From Candidatus Fermentibacteraceae bacterium (GTDB lineage: Bacteria; Fermentibacterota; Fermentibacteria; Fermentibacterales; JCC-6), in contig JAWLEP010000015.1 of the NCBI GenBank assembly GCA_041686025.1, positions 38,720-62,201 of the forward strand: 23,482 nt of DNA, given 5' to 3'. Position numbers and translations under genes: made by a program. This document shows, in pieces, positions 1 to 8,081 of this stretch; within the stretch, counting starts at the first letter, position 1, and each line of letters opens with the position of its first letter. Under the pieces are notes generated by a model. It was given only the letters and a program-made list of their open reading frames with translations. It made no database searches and was not told the DNA's origin.

Positions 1-208
1 AGACGGCTGCGCGGGAAGCCGGAGGATTGCCCGCAATGGCCGGAAGGGAGGCGGGCAACCGGAGGATCCCCGCTCCATTTCTCTATTCAGTTGCCAAGGA
101 TGGTGATATAGACGGCTGCGCGGGAAGCCGGAGGATTGCCCGCAATGGCCGGAAGGGAGGCGGGCAACCGGAGGATCCCCGCTCCATTTCTCTATTCAGT
201 TGCCAAGG
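1..208. repeat. Tandem direct repeat: two identical 99-nt copies (1-99 and 110-208), period 109 nt; may continue left of the window
   Basis: AGACGGCTGCGCGGGAAG...TTCAGTTGCCAAGG is read identically at 1-99 and 110-208. The following nucleotides remain partly similar (ATGGTGATATAGA vs CGGGGGATAGAGA). Confidence 0.95.
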
Positions 209-232
209 CGGGGGATAGAGAAATGGAGCGGG
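178..232. repeat. 18-bp perfect inverted repeat overlapping the tRNA-Gly 3' end
   Basis: CCCGCTCCATTTCTCTAT (178-195) is the reverse complement of ATAGAGAAATGGAGCGGG (215-232), with a 19-nt loop. Confidence 0.9.
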
Positions 233-299
233 AAACGGGACTCGAACCCGCGACTTCTACCTTGGCAAGGTAGAGCTCTACCAACTGAGCTATTCCCGC
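224..299 (-). tRNA. tRNA-Gly (anticodon GCC), CCA encoded
   Basis: Reverse complement GCGGGAATAGCTCAGTTGGTAGAGCTCTACCTTGCCAAGGTAGAAGTCGCGGGTTCGAGTCCCGTTTCCCGCTCCA is a 76-nt cloverleaf with anticodon loop TTGCCAA and a GTTCGA T-loop. Confidence 0.98.
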
Positions 300-320
300 T
301 CCTCTTCTCTTGCGGCCGGT

Positions 321-349
321 ATTATTCGGGTGGACGGCTTACTTGTCAA
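321..349 (-). promoter_or_regulatory. Putative sigma70 promoter for tRNA-Gly
   Basis: Minus strand TTGACA (349-344), 17-nt spacer, AATAAT (326-321), about 20 nt upstream of the tRNA. Confidence 0.65.
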
Positions 350-371
350 CCTTCTGCGGCGTCCCCGGACG

Positions 372-836
372 TCAACCTTCCCCCCGCCTGACCACCCAGG
401 CGTCGGAGAAACCCAGGTCCACCAGCTCGGGCAGCCGGGAGGCGGCCGAAGCCCGGTCGGGGAAGCTTCCCAGGCGCACCTTCCAGTACGCACCCTCCCT
501 GTCCACGTAGGAGGGCATGCCGGACTCCGCCGCCGCCGATTCCGCCACTCCCCTGGCGGTGGCCTCGTCATCCAGGGCCATTATCTGTATCGAGAAGGGC
601 CCGGAAGCGGCGGGGGCCTCCTCCTCGGGGGGTGGAGCGGCGGTATCGGAAGGGGCCGGGAGGTCGATGCTCACCACGCCGGCGAATCCCGCGAAGGGGT
701 CTCCCTCGTAGCCCGGCAGGTCGGTGTAGGCCTCCGGCCTCCCGGTCTCCCCGCCGGTGGTCTCGGGTCTGGTGGTCCCGGGACCGCAGCCGGCGGTAAG
801 CATGACCGTTACCAGAATCGCGCAGAGCAGTCTCAT
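372..836 (-). CDS. SPOR-domain lipoprotein (154 aa)
   Basis: The real start is ATG 836 (MRLLCAILVTVMLTAGC, lipobox LTAGC), overlapping the upstream stop (ATGA). The C-terminus FSIQIMAL...YWKVRLGSFPDRASA...LGFSDAWVV is a SPOR peptidoglycan-binding pattern. The longer ORF-track extension is a shadow frame. Confidence 0.85.
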   Translation of the reverse strand: MRLLCAILVTVMLTAGCGPGTTRPETTGGETGRPEAYTDLPGYEGDPFAGFAGVVSIDLPAPSDTAAPPPEEEAPAASGPFSIQIMALDDEATARGVAESAAAESGMPSYVDREGAYWKVRLGSFPDRASAASRLPELVDLGFSDAWVVRRGEG

Positions 837-1768
837 CTGTCCTCCTCCGCCGCTACGAAGGCGTCCAGCAGCGGCAGCATTATCTCGTGGTGGCCGGTAA
901 GACTGACAGTCTCTCCCCCCAGGGCTGCTACGGGCCTTTCCATAACATTCCGGCTGGGGCGGTAGTGCTGTATCATGTCCATGTTGGCCGCGGTCAGACC
1001 GGTGACGCCGGCGCCCAGGTTCTGCGCCGAGGTCAGGGCCTTGAGGAACGCCTCCGGCATCACCACCGCCGACCCGGCGTTGATCACCACCCCGCCGGAG
1101 AGCTTCGAGCACCTCTCGATCAGTGTGTCGAAGTCCCTCTCCGCAGCACTGCCCAGGTCGCCCCAGTCCAGTCGGGGATGGGGGTGGACGATGTCGCCCC
1201 CCAGAGCCGGGTGCACCGTCACCGGCGAGCCCATCTCCTCGGAGGCTGCCAGGGGGCTGGTGTCGGGGCTGCCGCCCTCCTCCAGGACCAGCATGCCCAG
1301 GGAGCGGCCCAGGCCGGCCTCCCTCTCCCGGGCCAGGCTCACGGCCCTGGCGTAGGCCTCTCCCGTCTCGGACCACATGCCGAAGCTGCCGTCTGCGATC
1401 CCCGCCTGCACGTCCTCGGACGTGGCCCCGTAGAGGGCCAGCTCCAGGTCGTGGATGGTCCCGGCGCCGTTGGTGGCCAGGCAGTCTACGATTCCCCGGC
1501 GCAGCCAGCGCACCAGCAGCGGGCCCAGGCCGCACTTGATCACGTGCCCACCGTACATCAGGAGCCTGGCCGCTCCCCCTTCCCGGGCCTGCAGCAGCCT
1601 GCGGGCCAGCAGGCGCATGCGCCTCACCGCCAGCACGTCCGGGAGGCCGTCCACGAACTCCCGCACCGGAGCGGAGGCGCTCCACTGGCCCGCCAGCTTC
1701 TCCGGTCCCACCCTGCTGAGGCGGTTGCTGAGGCTCTTCATTCTGAGGCCTTCCCTCTTGCTTCTCAA
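833..1768 (-). CDS. Deoxyhypusine-synthase-like NAD-binding fold protein (GSU2086-like family), function unknown
   Basis: Motifs GGHVIKCGL, LATNGAGTIHDLELA, GSAVVMPEAFLKAL, HYRP and GHHEIMLPLL. The TTG start overlaps the truA stop (TTGA) and has GGAGGT upstream. An alternative ATG lies at 1741. Confidence 0.7.
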   Translation of the reverse strand: MRSKREGLRMKSLSNRLSRVGPEKLAGQWSASAPVREFVDGLPDVLAVRRMRLLARRLLQAREGGAARLLMYGGHVIKCGLGPLLVRWLRRGIVDCLATNGAGTIHDLELALYGATSEDVQAGIADGSFGMWSETGEAYARAVSLAREREAGLGRSLGMLVLEEGGSPDTSPLAASEEMGSPVTVHPALGGDIVHPHPRLDWGDLGSAAERDFDTLIERCSKLSGGVVINAGSAVVMPEAFLKALTSAQNLGAGVTGLTAANMDMIQHYRPSRNVMERPVAALGGETVSLTGHHEIMLPLLDAFVAAEEDR

Positions 1769-2520
1769 GTCGATGCACCTCCCCTGCGGCCATCATAGTA
1801 CCTGACCTCCACCAGGGTCAGTCCCCCGGCGGGAAGCGAGGGCCCGGCCAGGCTCCTGTCGCCCGTCTGCAGTATCCGGCCCACGTCCCGGGGGTCGAGC
1901 CGGCCGCCTCCCACCCGCAGGAGGGTGCCTGCCCACAGGCGGACCATGCCCCGGAGAAACCGGTTCGCCGATATCAGAAAGGTCCATCCCAGGGCGTCCT
2001 CCACCACGGAAGCGGTGCGGACCACGGCCTCCCAGTCCCTGTTGCCGCTGCCCTCCTTGGCCATGCCCCGCCAGCCGTGCCGGCCCGTGCACAGGCCGGC
2101 GGCCCCGGCCATGGCCCGCGTGCTCAGCGGACCCGGGTGCACGTGGGCGTACCTGTCCAGAAGCGGATGCCTCTCCCGAAGCACCCGGTAGCGGTAGAGC
2201 CGCTCCACCGCGTCCCTGCGGGCGTCGAAGCCGGGATCCGCCTCCTCGGCGGAGACCACCGAAACGTCCCCGGGCAGCAGCCGGTCCAGCGATGACAGCA
2301 CCCTCTCCACCTCTTGCTCCGCCACGTCCAGGTGGGCCACCTGGCCCAGGGCGTGGACCCCGGCGTCGGTGCGGCCGGAGCCGTTTACCCGGATGGGGCG
2401 GCCGGTGAGCGTCTCCAGGGCCTTCTCCACAGTCCCCTGTACCGTGCGCCCCTCTGACTGAACCTGCCAGCCCAGGAAGTCGGTGCCGTCGTACTCCAGC
2501 GTCAGCCTCAGCCTGGGCAT
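1765..2520 (-). CDS. truA: tRNA pseudouridine(38-40) synthase TruA (251 aa)
   Basis: ATG 2520 MPRLRLTLEYDGTDFLGWQ, catalytic GSGRTDAGVHA, FDARRDA, ANRFLRGMVR, and C-terminal GLTLVEVRY. Confidence 0.95.
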   Translation of the reverse strand: MPRLRLTLEYDGTDFLGWQVQSEGRTVQGTVEKALETLTGRPIRVNGSGRTDAGVHALGQVAHLDVAEQEVERVLSSLDRLLPGDVSVVSAEEADPGFDARRDAVERLYRYRVLRERHPLLDRYAHVHPGPLSTRAMAGAAGLCTGRHGWRGMAKEGSGNRDWEAVVRTASVVEDALGWTFLISANRFLRGMVRLWAGTLLRVGGGRLDPRDVGRILQTGDRSLAGPSLPAGGLTLVEVRYYDGRRGGAST

Positions 2521-3104
2521 CACAGTCCCGCCAGGCCGGACAGGAAGAGCACCCAGCCCGCAGTTGCCGCCGCCGGGGCCCATCCGTCCGGACTGGATGG
2601 CTCCCCCCCGCCGGGCCTGGCCAGCACCAGCTCGCACAGGGCGGACTCTGCGGACTCGGCCACTCCACCGCCCTCCCTCCTCGACCGTCGGTACGCGCTG
2701 CGGACGGAGTCGGCGCTGGGACCCGCGGAGGCCAGCAGCAGGGCCAGCACCTCCAGGGGCTCTCCGACCCGGCCCAGCCTCCGGGAGAGGCTGGTGAGCA
2801 CACGTTCCATCCGGCAGGTGCCCAGCCAGCCGGCCATGGCCAGGCCGCAGGGCACCGCAGCCGCCCAGCGCAGGGAGCGCAGGACCAGAGCCGAATCTCC
2901 CGAGAGGAGCCCCAGGGCCAGGGAGGCCGCCGCCGGGGTCTCCAGGGCGGCCGCCCGCAGAAGCCAGCGGCGGCCCATGGAGGCCGATGCGGCCACCGGA
3001 AACAGAAGGTAGGCGGCCAGGAGGGGGGGGCTTACCAGGAAGGCCCCGACGGGTCCGGCCACCATGGCCGCCAGCAGCAGCAGGGTGAGGGCGCCGTCAC
3101 TCAT
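2520..3104 (-). CDS. Hypothetical membrane protein, possibly a degenerate EcfT/CbiQ-like component
   Basis: 194 aa with several hydrophobic segments. It is coupled to rluD upstream and truA downstream (TGATG overlap). The EcfT similarity is only topological and contextual. Confidence 0.6.
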   Translation of the reverse strand: MSDGALTLLLLAAMVAGPVGAFLVSPPLLAAYLLFPVAASASMGRRWLLRAAALETPAAASLALGLLSGDSALVLRSLRWAAAVPCGLAMAGWLGTCRMERVLTSLSRRLGRVGEPLEVLALLLASAGPSADSVRSAYRRSRREGGGVAESAESALCELVLARPGGGEPSSPDGWAPAAATAGWVLFLSGLAGL

Positions 3105-4074
3105 CCGTGTCGGCCCTCAGCCGCTTCTGGACCAGCCGGAACTCCAGGGGCGGAGCCGCCTGGAACTCCATCTCCTCGCCGGTGACCGGATGCTCGAAGC
3201 CCAGCGTCTCGGCGTGCAGCATCTGGTGCCGCGACAACCGCAGCAGGTCGGATACCAGCTCCCGGTTGCGGCGGGTGGACTCTATGCCCTTCGGATGGCA
3301 GCCGCCGTAGCGCCAGTCGTGGATTATGGGGCAGTCCTTGCACCTGGACATGTGCACGCGGATCTGGTGGGTGCGGCCGGTCTCCAGCCGGCATGCGATC
3401 AGCGCCCCCATGCGGTAGGCCTCAAGCGTCCGGTAGTTGGTTACCGCCCTCTTGCCGCCGTCCACCACGGCCATCCGCTTGCGGTGGACGGGGTCCCGGC
3501 CGATGGGAGCGTCTACGCGGTCCGATGGCGGGCGGGGGTTGTGCCACACCAGCGCCAGGTAGCGGCGCTTCACCGTTCTGCGGGCCAGCTGGAAGGACAA
3601 GCCCCGGTGGGTCTCGTCGTCCTTGGCCGCCATCATCAGGCCGGTGGTGTCCTTGTCCAGCCTGTGCACGATGCCCGGACGCATCTCCCCCCCGATGCCC
3701 GAGAGGTTGTCGCAGTGGGCCAGCAGGGCGTTCACCAGGGTGCCGCTGCGCCAGGTCCCCGAGGGGTGCACCACCAGCCCGGAGGGCTTGTCTATCACTA
3801 TCAGGTGACGGTCCTCGTAGGCCACGTCCAGGTCCATCTCCTGGGGGGCCAGGTCCACCGGCTGAGGGTCGGGGACGTCCAGGGTCACAACCTGGCCCTC
3901 CCTTACCCTGTGGGCCGGCTTCTCCACCACGATGTCGTCAACGGCGGCGTGGCCGTTGTTGATCAGGGTGCTGACGTAGCTCCTGCTCTCGGTGACCTCT
4001 CCGTGGGAGACTAGGAAGCTGTCCAGCCTGGCCCCGTCCTCCTCCTCGCTGACCGGGAAGCGGTATCGCTCCAA
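3097..4074 (-). CDS. rluD: RluA-family 23S rRNA pseudouridine synthase (RluD-like)
   Basis: N-terminal S4 domain (RLDSFL...SRSYV), IDKPSGLVVHP, catalytic GIVHRLDKDTTG, LETGRTHQIRVH and QMLHAETLGFEHP. TTG start. Confidence 0.92.
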   Translation of the reverse strand: MERYRFPVSEEEDGARLDSFLVSHGEVTESRSYVSTLINNGHAAVDDIVVEKPAHRVREGQVVTLDVPDPQPVDLAPQEMDLDVAYEDRHLIVIDKPSGLVVHPSGTWRSGTLVNALLAHCDNLSGIGGEMRPGIVHRLDKDTTGLMMAAKDDETHRGLSFQLARRTVKRRYLALVWHNPRPPSDRVDAPIGRDPVHRKRMAVVDGGKRAVTNYRTLEAYRMGALIACRLETGRTHQIRVHMSRCKDCPIIHDWRYGGCHPKGIESTRRNRELVSDLLRLSRHQMLHAETLGFEHPVTGEEMEFQAAPPLEFRLVQKRLRADTDE

Positions 4075-4075
4075 G

Positions 4076-4567
4076 CTACTCCGTGCGTTTGATCAGATGG
4101 TATCCGAAATCCGTCTCCACGATGCCCGAGACCTCGCCGGGCTCCAGGGAGAAGGCAGCCTCCTCGAAGGCGGGCACCATGCTGCCCCGGCCGAAGCTGC
4201 CCAGGTCGCCGCCCTGGGCGCCGGAGGGGCAGTCGGAGTACTCGATGGCCGCGTCCTCGAAGGTGAGGCTGTCGCCCTCTATCAGGCCGGAGAGCTCTTC
4301 GGCCAGCTGACGGGCCTCACCCTGCGACCTGGTGGCGGCGGCCCTGGCTGCGCCCTGGTAGGCGATGAGTATGTGGCTGGCCTTTATCATCTCCGGCTCC
4401 TGTTCCGGCTGCTGTGTGGTCACCGTCTGCTCCTGCTCCGCCGTCTCGGCTTCGGTCCGCTCCGCCTCTCCGCCGGCTTCGGGCTCCTCGCCGCCTCCGC
4501 ATCCGGCCGCGGCCAGCAGCAGAGCCATGCTCACAGCAGTCGCGCAAAGCACCAGTCTCCTTTTCAT
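4076..4567 (-). CDS. Parvulin-type peptidyl-prolyl cis-trans isomerase, lipoprotein
   Basis: Lipobox [37 protein letters not shown] and [10 protein letters not shown] are rotamase motifs. Confidence 0.93.
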   Translation of the reverse strand: MKRRLVLCATAVSMALLLAAAGCGGGEEPEAGGEAERTEAETAEQEQTVTTQQPEQEPEMIKASHILIAYQGAARAAATRSQGEARQLAEELSGLIEGDSLTFEDAAIEYSDCPSGAQGGDLGSFGRGSMVPAFEEAAFSLEPGEVSGIVETDFGYHLIKRTE

Positions 4568-4750
4568 CAGCGTTGTCTCCTTCCCCGTGGGATGTGGTGC
4601 GGCACTGTTTCCGCCGCACCTTCTTCCTCTCTCTCTCCCGGAGGTGCGTTCTTGACATGAACCCCGGGAATCCTATGGATAACGAGGAGTATAATAACTG
4701 TGCGAAAGCCCCATGCACATGACGAGCAACTGCTGAGAGGAGGCCCTTTG

Positions 4751-5953
4751 GTGGAAAGGGAAGAGGTATTTTCCTCCAGAGCCAGGGGAATGAAGAGGTC
4801 CGTCATCCGTGAGCTGCTCAAGCTCACCGCCAACCCGGAGGTGATCTCCTTCGCCGGAGGGCTTCCCGCCCCCGAGACATTCCCGGTGGACGAGGTCCGC
4901 GAGGCGGTCAACCAGGTGCTGGACGAGGAGCCCCATACGGCCCTCCAGTACGGCCCCACGGAGGGTGACGGCAGGCTGCGCAAGGACCTGGCCGAGGTGA
5001 TGGAGCGGGACGGAACCCCGGCCGACCCCGAGCGGATCCTGGTGACCACGGCCTCCCAGCAGGGCCTTGATCTGGTGGGCAAGATCTTCTTCGACCCCGG
5101 CGACACCTGCATAGTGGGCCTGCCCTCCTACCTGGGCGCCCTGCAGGCGTTCAAGAACTACGAGGGCGTTCCGGTGGGGGTGCCCCTGGACGACCACGGA
5201 ATGATCCCCGAGGAGCTTGTGAAGACGCTGGACCGCCTGGAGGGCGAGGGAAGAAGGCCCAAGTTCATCTACCTGGTCCCCGACTTCCAGAACCCCGCCG
5301 GGGTGACCATCCCCCTGGAGCGCCGCCGGAAGATCATCTCCATCGCCGAGGAGCGCGACTACCTGCTGATAGAGGACACGCCCTACAGGCAGCTCCGCTA
5401 CACCGGCGAGCACGAGCCCACCTTCCAGAGCCTGGCTCCGGACAGGGTGCTGTCGCTGTACACCTTCTCCAAGATCCTCCTGCCCGGCTTCCGGCTGGGC
5501 TGGGCCTACGGCCCCGACTGGGTGATCAACAAGATGGTGATGTCCAAGCAGGCCGTGGACCTCTGCACGCCCCCCTTCACCCAGGCCATCACCCACCGGG
5601 TGCTGGCCACCGGGGCCCTGTACAAGGGGATCGAGAACAACATCAAGCTCTACGGCAGGCGCCGGAAGCTGATGCTCGACCTCCTGGACAGGCACCTCTC
5701 GGACGTGGACGGCGTGAAGTGGACCAGGCCGGAGGGCGGACTGTTCCTGTGGCTGACCCTTCCTGCGGGGATGAACTCCGACGACATCTTCAAGGACGCC
5801 ATCGACCACAACGTGGCCTACGTCCCGGGCAGCGCCTTCTACCCCAACGCGGAGGACCACCAGGGCATGCGCCTGAACTTCTCCTACGCCTCCGAGGAGC
5901 AGATAGAGGAGGGCGTGAAGCGTCTCAGCGACCTCATCCACGAGCTGGTCTGA
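4751..5953 (+). CDS. PLP-dependent class I/II aminotransferase (LysN / 2-aminoadipate transaminase-like, MocR-type enzyme without HTH)
   Basis: GTG 4751 follows SD GAGGAGG. Motifs SVIRELLK, ISFAGGLP, ALQYGPTEG, PDFQNPAG, EDTPY, TFSKILLPGFRLGW (PLP Lys), PEGGLFLW and MRLNFS. Confidence 0.9.
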   Translation: MEREEVFSSRARGMKRSVIRELLKLTANPEVISFAGGLPAPETFPVDEVREAVNQVLDEEPHTALQYGPTEGDGRLRKDLAEVMERDGTPADPERILVTTASQQGLDLVGKIFFDPGDTCIVGLPSYLGALQAFKNYEGVPVGVPLDDHGMIPEELVKTLDRLEGEGRRPKFIYLVPDFQNPAGVTIPLERRRKIISIAEERDYLLIEDTPYRQLRYTGEHEPTFQSLAPDRVLSLYTFSKILLPGFRLGWAYGPDWVINKMVMSKQAVDLCTPPFTQAITHRVLATGALYKGIENNIKLYGRRRKLMLDLLDRHLSDVDGVKWTRPEGGLFLWLTLPAGMNSDDIFKDAIDHNVAYVPGSAFYPNAEDHQGMRLNFSYASEEQIEEGVKRLSDLIHELV

Positions 5954-5977
5954 CAGGCGGCAATGCCGTGAGTACGG

Positions 5978-6007
5978 GAGGGGCGGCGGAACTTCCCGCC
6001 GCCCCTC
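5978..6007. terminator. GC-rich hairpin between convergent genes, probable bidirectional terminator
   Basis: GAGGGGCGGCGG-AACTTC-CCGCCGCCCCTC forms a 12-bp perfect stem between the aminotransferase and glgC stops. There is no strong U-tract. Confidence 0.65.
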
Positions 6008-6025
6008 TCTCCATGCGAACGGAGG

Positions 6026-7288
6026 CTATATCTCGGCGCCGTCGGGGATGACGGCGTTCTTGTGGATCACCACGATGCCGTCGCGGATGTGGTAGCCCTC
6101 CCCTTCGCCCTCCGTCTTTCCCTGGCTGTTGCGAATCCTCACTCCGTCGCCGATGCGGGCGTTCTTGTCTATTATGGCCCCCTCTATGACGCAGTCACGG
6201 CCGATCCCCAGCCTGGGGAGGTTGGGCTCCTGCAGTCCCGGGTCGCTGTAATGCCCCTCCCAGTAGTCGGCTCCCATGTAAACGCAGTTGCGCAGCTGGC
6301 TGCCGGCGCGTATGCGGCCGCGCAGCCCCACTATGCAGCAATCTATCTCTGCACCCTGAAGGTCTGAGGCGTCGCAGATCACCGAGCTCCTGATGCTGCA
6401 GCTGTCGATCCTGGCGCCCGGCAGCGCCCTTGCCCTGGTGTACAGGGGCGAGAAGTTGCGGTACATGTCGAAGCTGGGATTCTCGCTGGCCATGTCCAGG
6501 TTGGCGTCGAAGAAGCTGGCGATGGTCCCGATGTCGGACCAGTAGCCGTCGAAGGGGTAGCTGAAGACCCTGTGGTTCCCTATGGCGTAGGGTATGATCT
6601 CGTGGCCGAAGTCGGTGTGGGTGGGGTTGGCGTCCAGCACCCCCCGCAGGACGTCCGGGCTGAACAGGTAGATGCCCATGCTGCCCAGGTAGGGCTTCTC
6701 TTCGGTCAGCCCCTCCTGGCTGCTCTTCAAGGGCTCCAGCTCGTGGGCATCGGGCTTCTCGTGGAAGTGCCCGATCCTCCCCTCCTCCGAGACCTTCATT
6801 ATGCCCATGGAGGTGGCCTCTGACGCGTCCACCGGCTTGGTGGCTATGGTGATCTCCGCCCCCGTCTCCCGGTGGTGCTCGATGAAGCGGTTGAAGTCCA
6901 TCCTGTAGAGCTGGTCGCCGGAGAGTATCAGCACCAGTCCGGGATTCAGCCCCATTATGTGGCGAAGGCTCTTCCTCACAGCGTCGGCGGTGCCCTGGAA
7001 CCAGTCGCGGTTGTCGAAGGTCTGCTCGGCGGCCAGGATGGACACGAAGCCGTTGTTGAAGCGGTCGAACCGGTAGGTCTGCGCCACGTGCCTGTTCAGG
7101 CTCTCGCTGTTGTACTGGGTGAGGACGAAGATGTGGCGGAGATGGTCGTTGACGCAGTTGGACACCGGAATGTCTATCAGCCGGTACTTGCCCCCTATGG
7201 GAACGGCGGGCTTGCTCCTGTGCATGGTCAGGGGAAACAGCCTGGTTCCCTTGCCGCCGCCGAGGATTACCGAGACCACCCTTTTCAT
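6026..7288 (-). CDS. glgC: Glucose-1-phosphate adenylyltransferase (ADP-glucose pyrophosphorylase)
   Basis: ILGGGKGTRLFPLT...SKPAVPIGGKYRLIDIPVSN, WFQGTADAVR, LSGDQLYRMD, FHEKP, SMGIYLF, DFGHEIIP, YWSDIGT, and a C-terminal beta-helix IIDKNARIG. ATG at 7288. Confidence 0.97.
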   Translation of the reverse strand: MKRVVSVILGGGKGTRLFPLTMHRSKPAVPIGGKYRLIDIPVSNCVNDHLRHIFVLTQYNSESLNRHVAQTYRFDRFNNGFVSILAAEQTFDNRDWFQGTADAVRKSLRHIMGLNPGLVLILSGDQLYRMDFNRFIEHHRETGAEITIATKPVDASEATSMGIMKVSEEGRIGHFHEKPDAHELEPLKSSQEGLTEEKPYLGSMGIYLFSPDVLRGVLDANPTHTDFGHEIIPYAIGNHRVFSYPFDGYWSDIGTIASFFDANLDMASENPSFDMYRNFSPLYTRARALPGARIDSCSIRSSVICDASDLQGAEIDCCIVGLRGRIRAGSQLRNCVYMGADYWEGHYSDPGLQEPNLPRLGIGRDCVIEGAIIDKNARIGDGVRIRNSQGKTEGEGEGYHIRDGIVVIHKNAVIPDGAEI

Positions 7289-7366
7289 AGCTGGACCCAC
7301 TCCTTCCGGAAGGTGATGACGCTGTATCTGCTCGGGCGCAAAGCATGGATATTATGGATCTCATAT

Positions 7367-7396
7367 TTGACGTTTCTTAAGATGGCGTTATATTCT
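7367..7396 (+). promoter_or_regulatory. Putative sigma70 promoter for the DUF2089 operon
   Basis: TTGACG (7367-7372) followed by TATATT/TATTCT (7389-7396) in an AT-rich intergenic region. Confidence 0.5.
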
Positions 7397-7422
7397 ACTT
7401 GAAGAAACTGGAGGTAGTGCTT

Positions 7423-7770
7423 ATGGATTATGGAAAACTCAGGTGTCCGGACTGCGGCAGGGCCATGGTCCCTACGTCCTGCAGCTGCTCGCACTGCGGC
7501 ATCACCGTGCAGGGCCGCTTCAGCCTCTCGCCGCTGGCCTTCCTCTCCCCCGAGGAGCAGGCCCTGGTGATAGCCTTCATCCGCAGCTACGGGTCCATCA
7601 AGAGGATCGGCGAAATACTCGGGGTCAGCCATCCCACGGCCCGCGGACGGATAGAGCGGCTGGTGGAGAGCATCAACCTGCTTATGGAGGCCCCTCCGGA
7701 GGCCTCCGCCGTCCTGGAGCTCCTGGAGCGGGGCGAGATCAGCTTCGACGAAGCCATGGAGAGGCTGTAG
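7423..7770 (+). CDS. DUF2089-family protein (zinc ribbon + HTH + SHOCT-like tail), putative regulator
   Basis: SD GGAGGT then ATG 7423. CPDCG...CSHCG zinc ribbon, GSIKRIGEILGVSHPTARGRIE HTH, and VLELLERGEISFDEAMERL. Confidence 0.88.
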   Translation: MDYGKLRCPDCGRAMVPTSCSCSHCGITVQGRFSLSPLAFLSPEEQALVIAFIRSYGSIKRIGEILGVSHPTARGRIERLVESINLLMEAPPEASAVLELLERGEISFDEAMERL

Positions 7771-7773
7771 GCG

Positions 7774-8031
7774 ATGAGGCCGGCATTTCTGCTCCTGGCG
7801 AGGTTCGGGAAGGTCACGCTGCCGCTGCCCTGGTTCGCGGTCTGGCTGGCCCTGCTTCCCCTGGCAGTCGCGGCCTGGCCTGTGGGGGCCCTGGGCAGCG
7901 CACTGGGATGGGGCCGGCCGTTCCGGCTTATGGCCCAGGCGCCCAGGCTGTGGCTGATCAGCTGTTGCCTCGGCGGGCTGAGCGTGCGGGTGAGAAGCGA
8001 TGACCGGCGGATCTGCTTCAGCTTTGTCTAG
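7774..8031 (+). CDS. Small hypothetical membrane protein (85 aa)
   Basis: Starts 3 nt after the DUF2089 stop; hydrophobic LPLPWFAVWLALLPLAV segment; fills the operon gap. Confidence 0.6.
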   Translation: MRPAFLLLARFGKVTLPLPWFAVWLALLPLAVAAWPVGALGSALGWGRPFRLMAQAPRLWLISCCLGGLSVRVRSDDRRICFSFV

Positions 8032-8081
8032 CGTCCCTGCTTCGTGCGGCATACGAACCCCAGACATGGAAAGGTAGGATC

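Noticed and set aside
1..208. CRISPR array, or attL/attR of an element integrated at tRNA-Gly
   Set aside because: The units are 99 nt identical with no unique spacers and no cas genes. The tRNA-end copy is inverted rather than direct, and no integrase is in the window.
837..1796. 474-aa ORF 372..1796 as one protein
   Set aside because: The upstream part is an alternate frame over the DHS-like gene. Only 372-836 has a signal peptide, lipobox and SPOR domain.
4652..4695. Single sigma70 promoter TTGACA...TATAAT for the aminotransferase
   Set aside because: Both hexamers are perfect but 32 nt apart, so they cannot form one canonical promoter. A promoter is likely here but cannot be placed.
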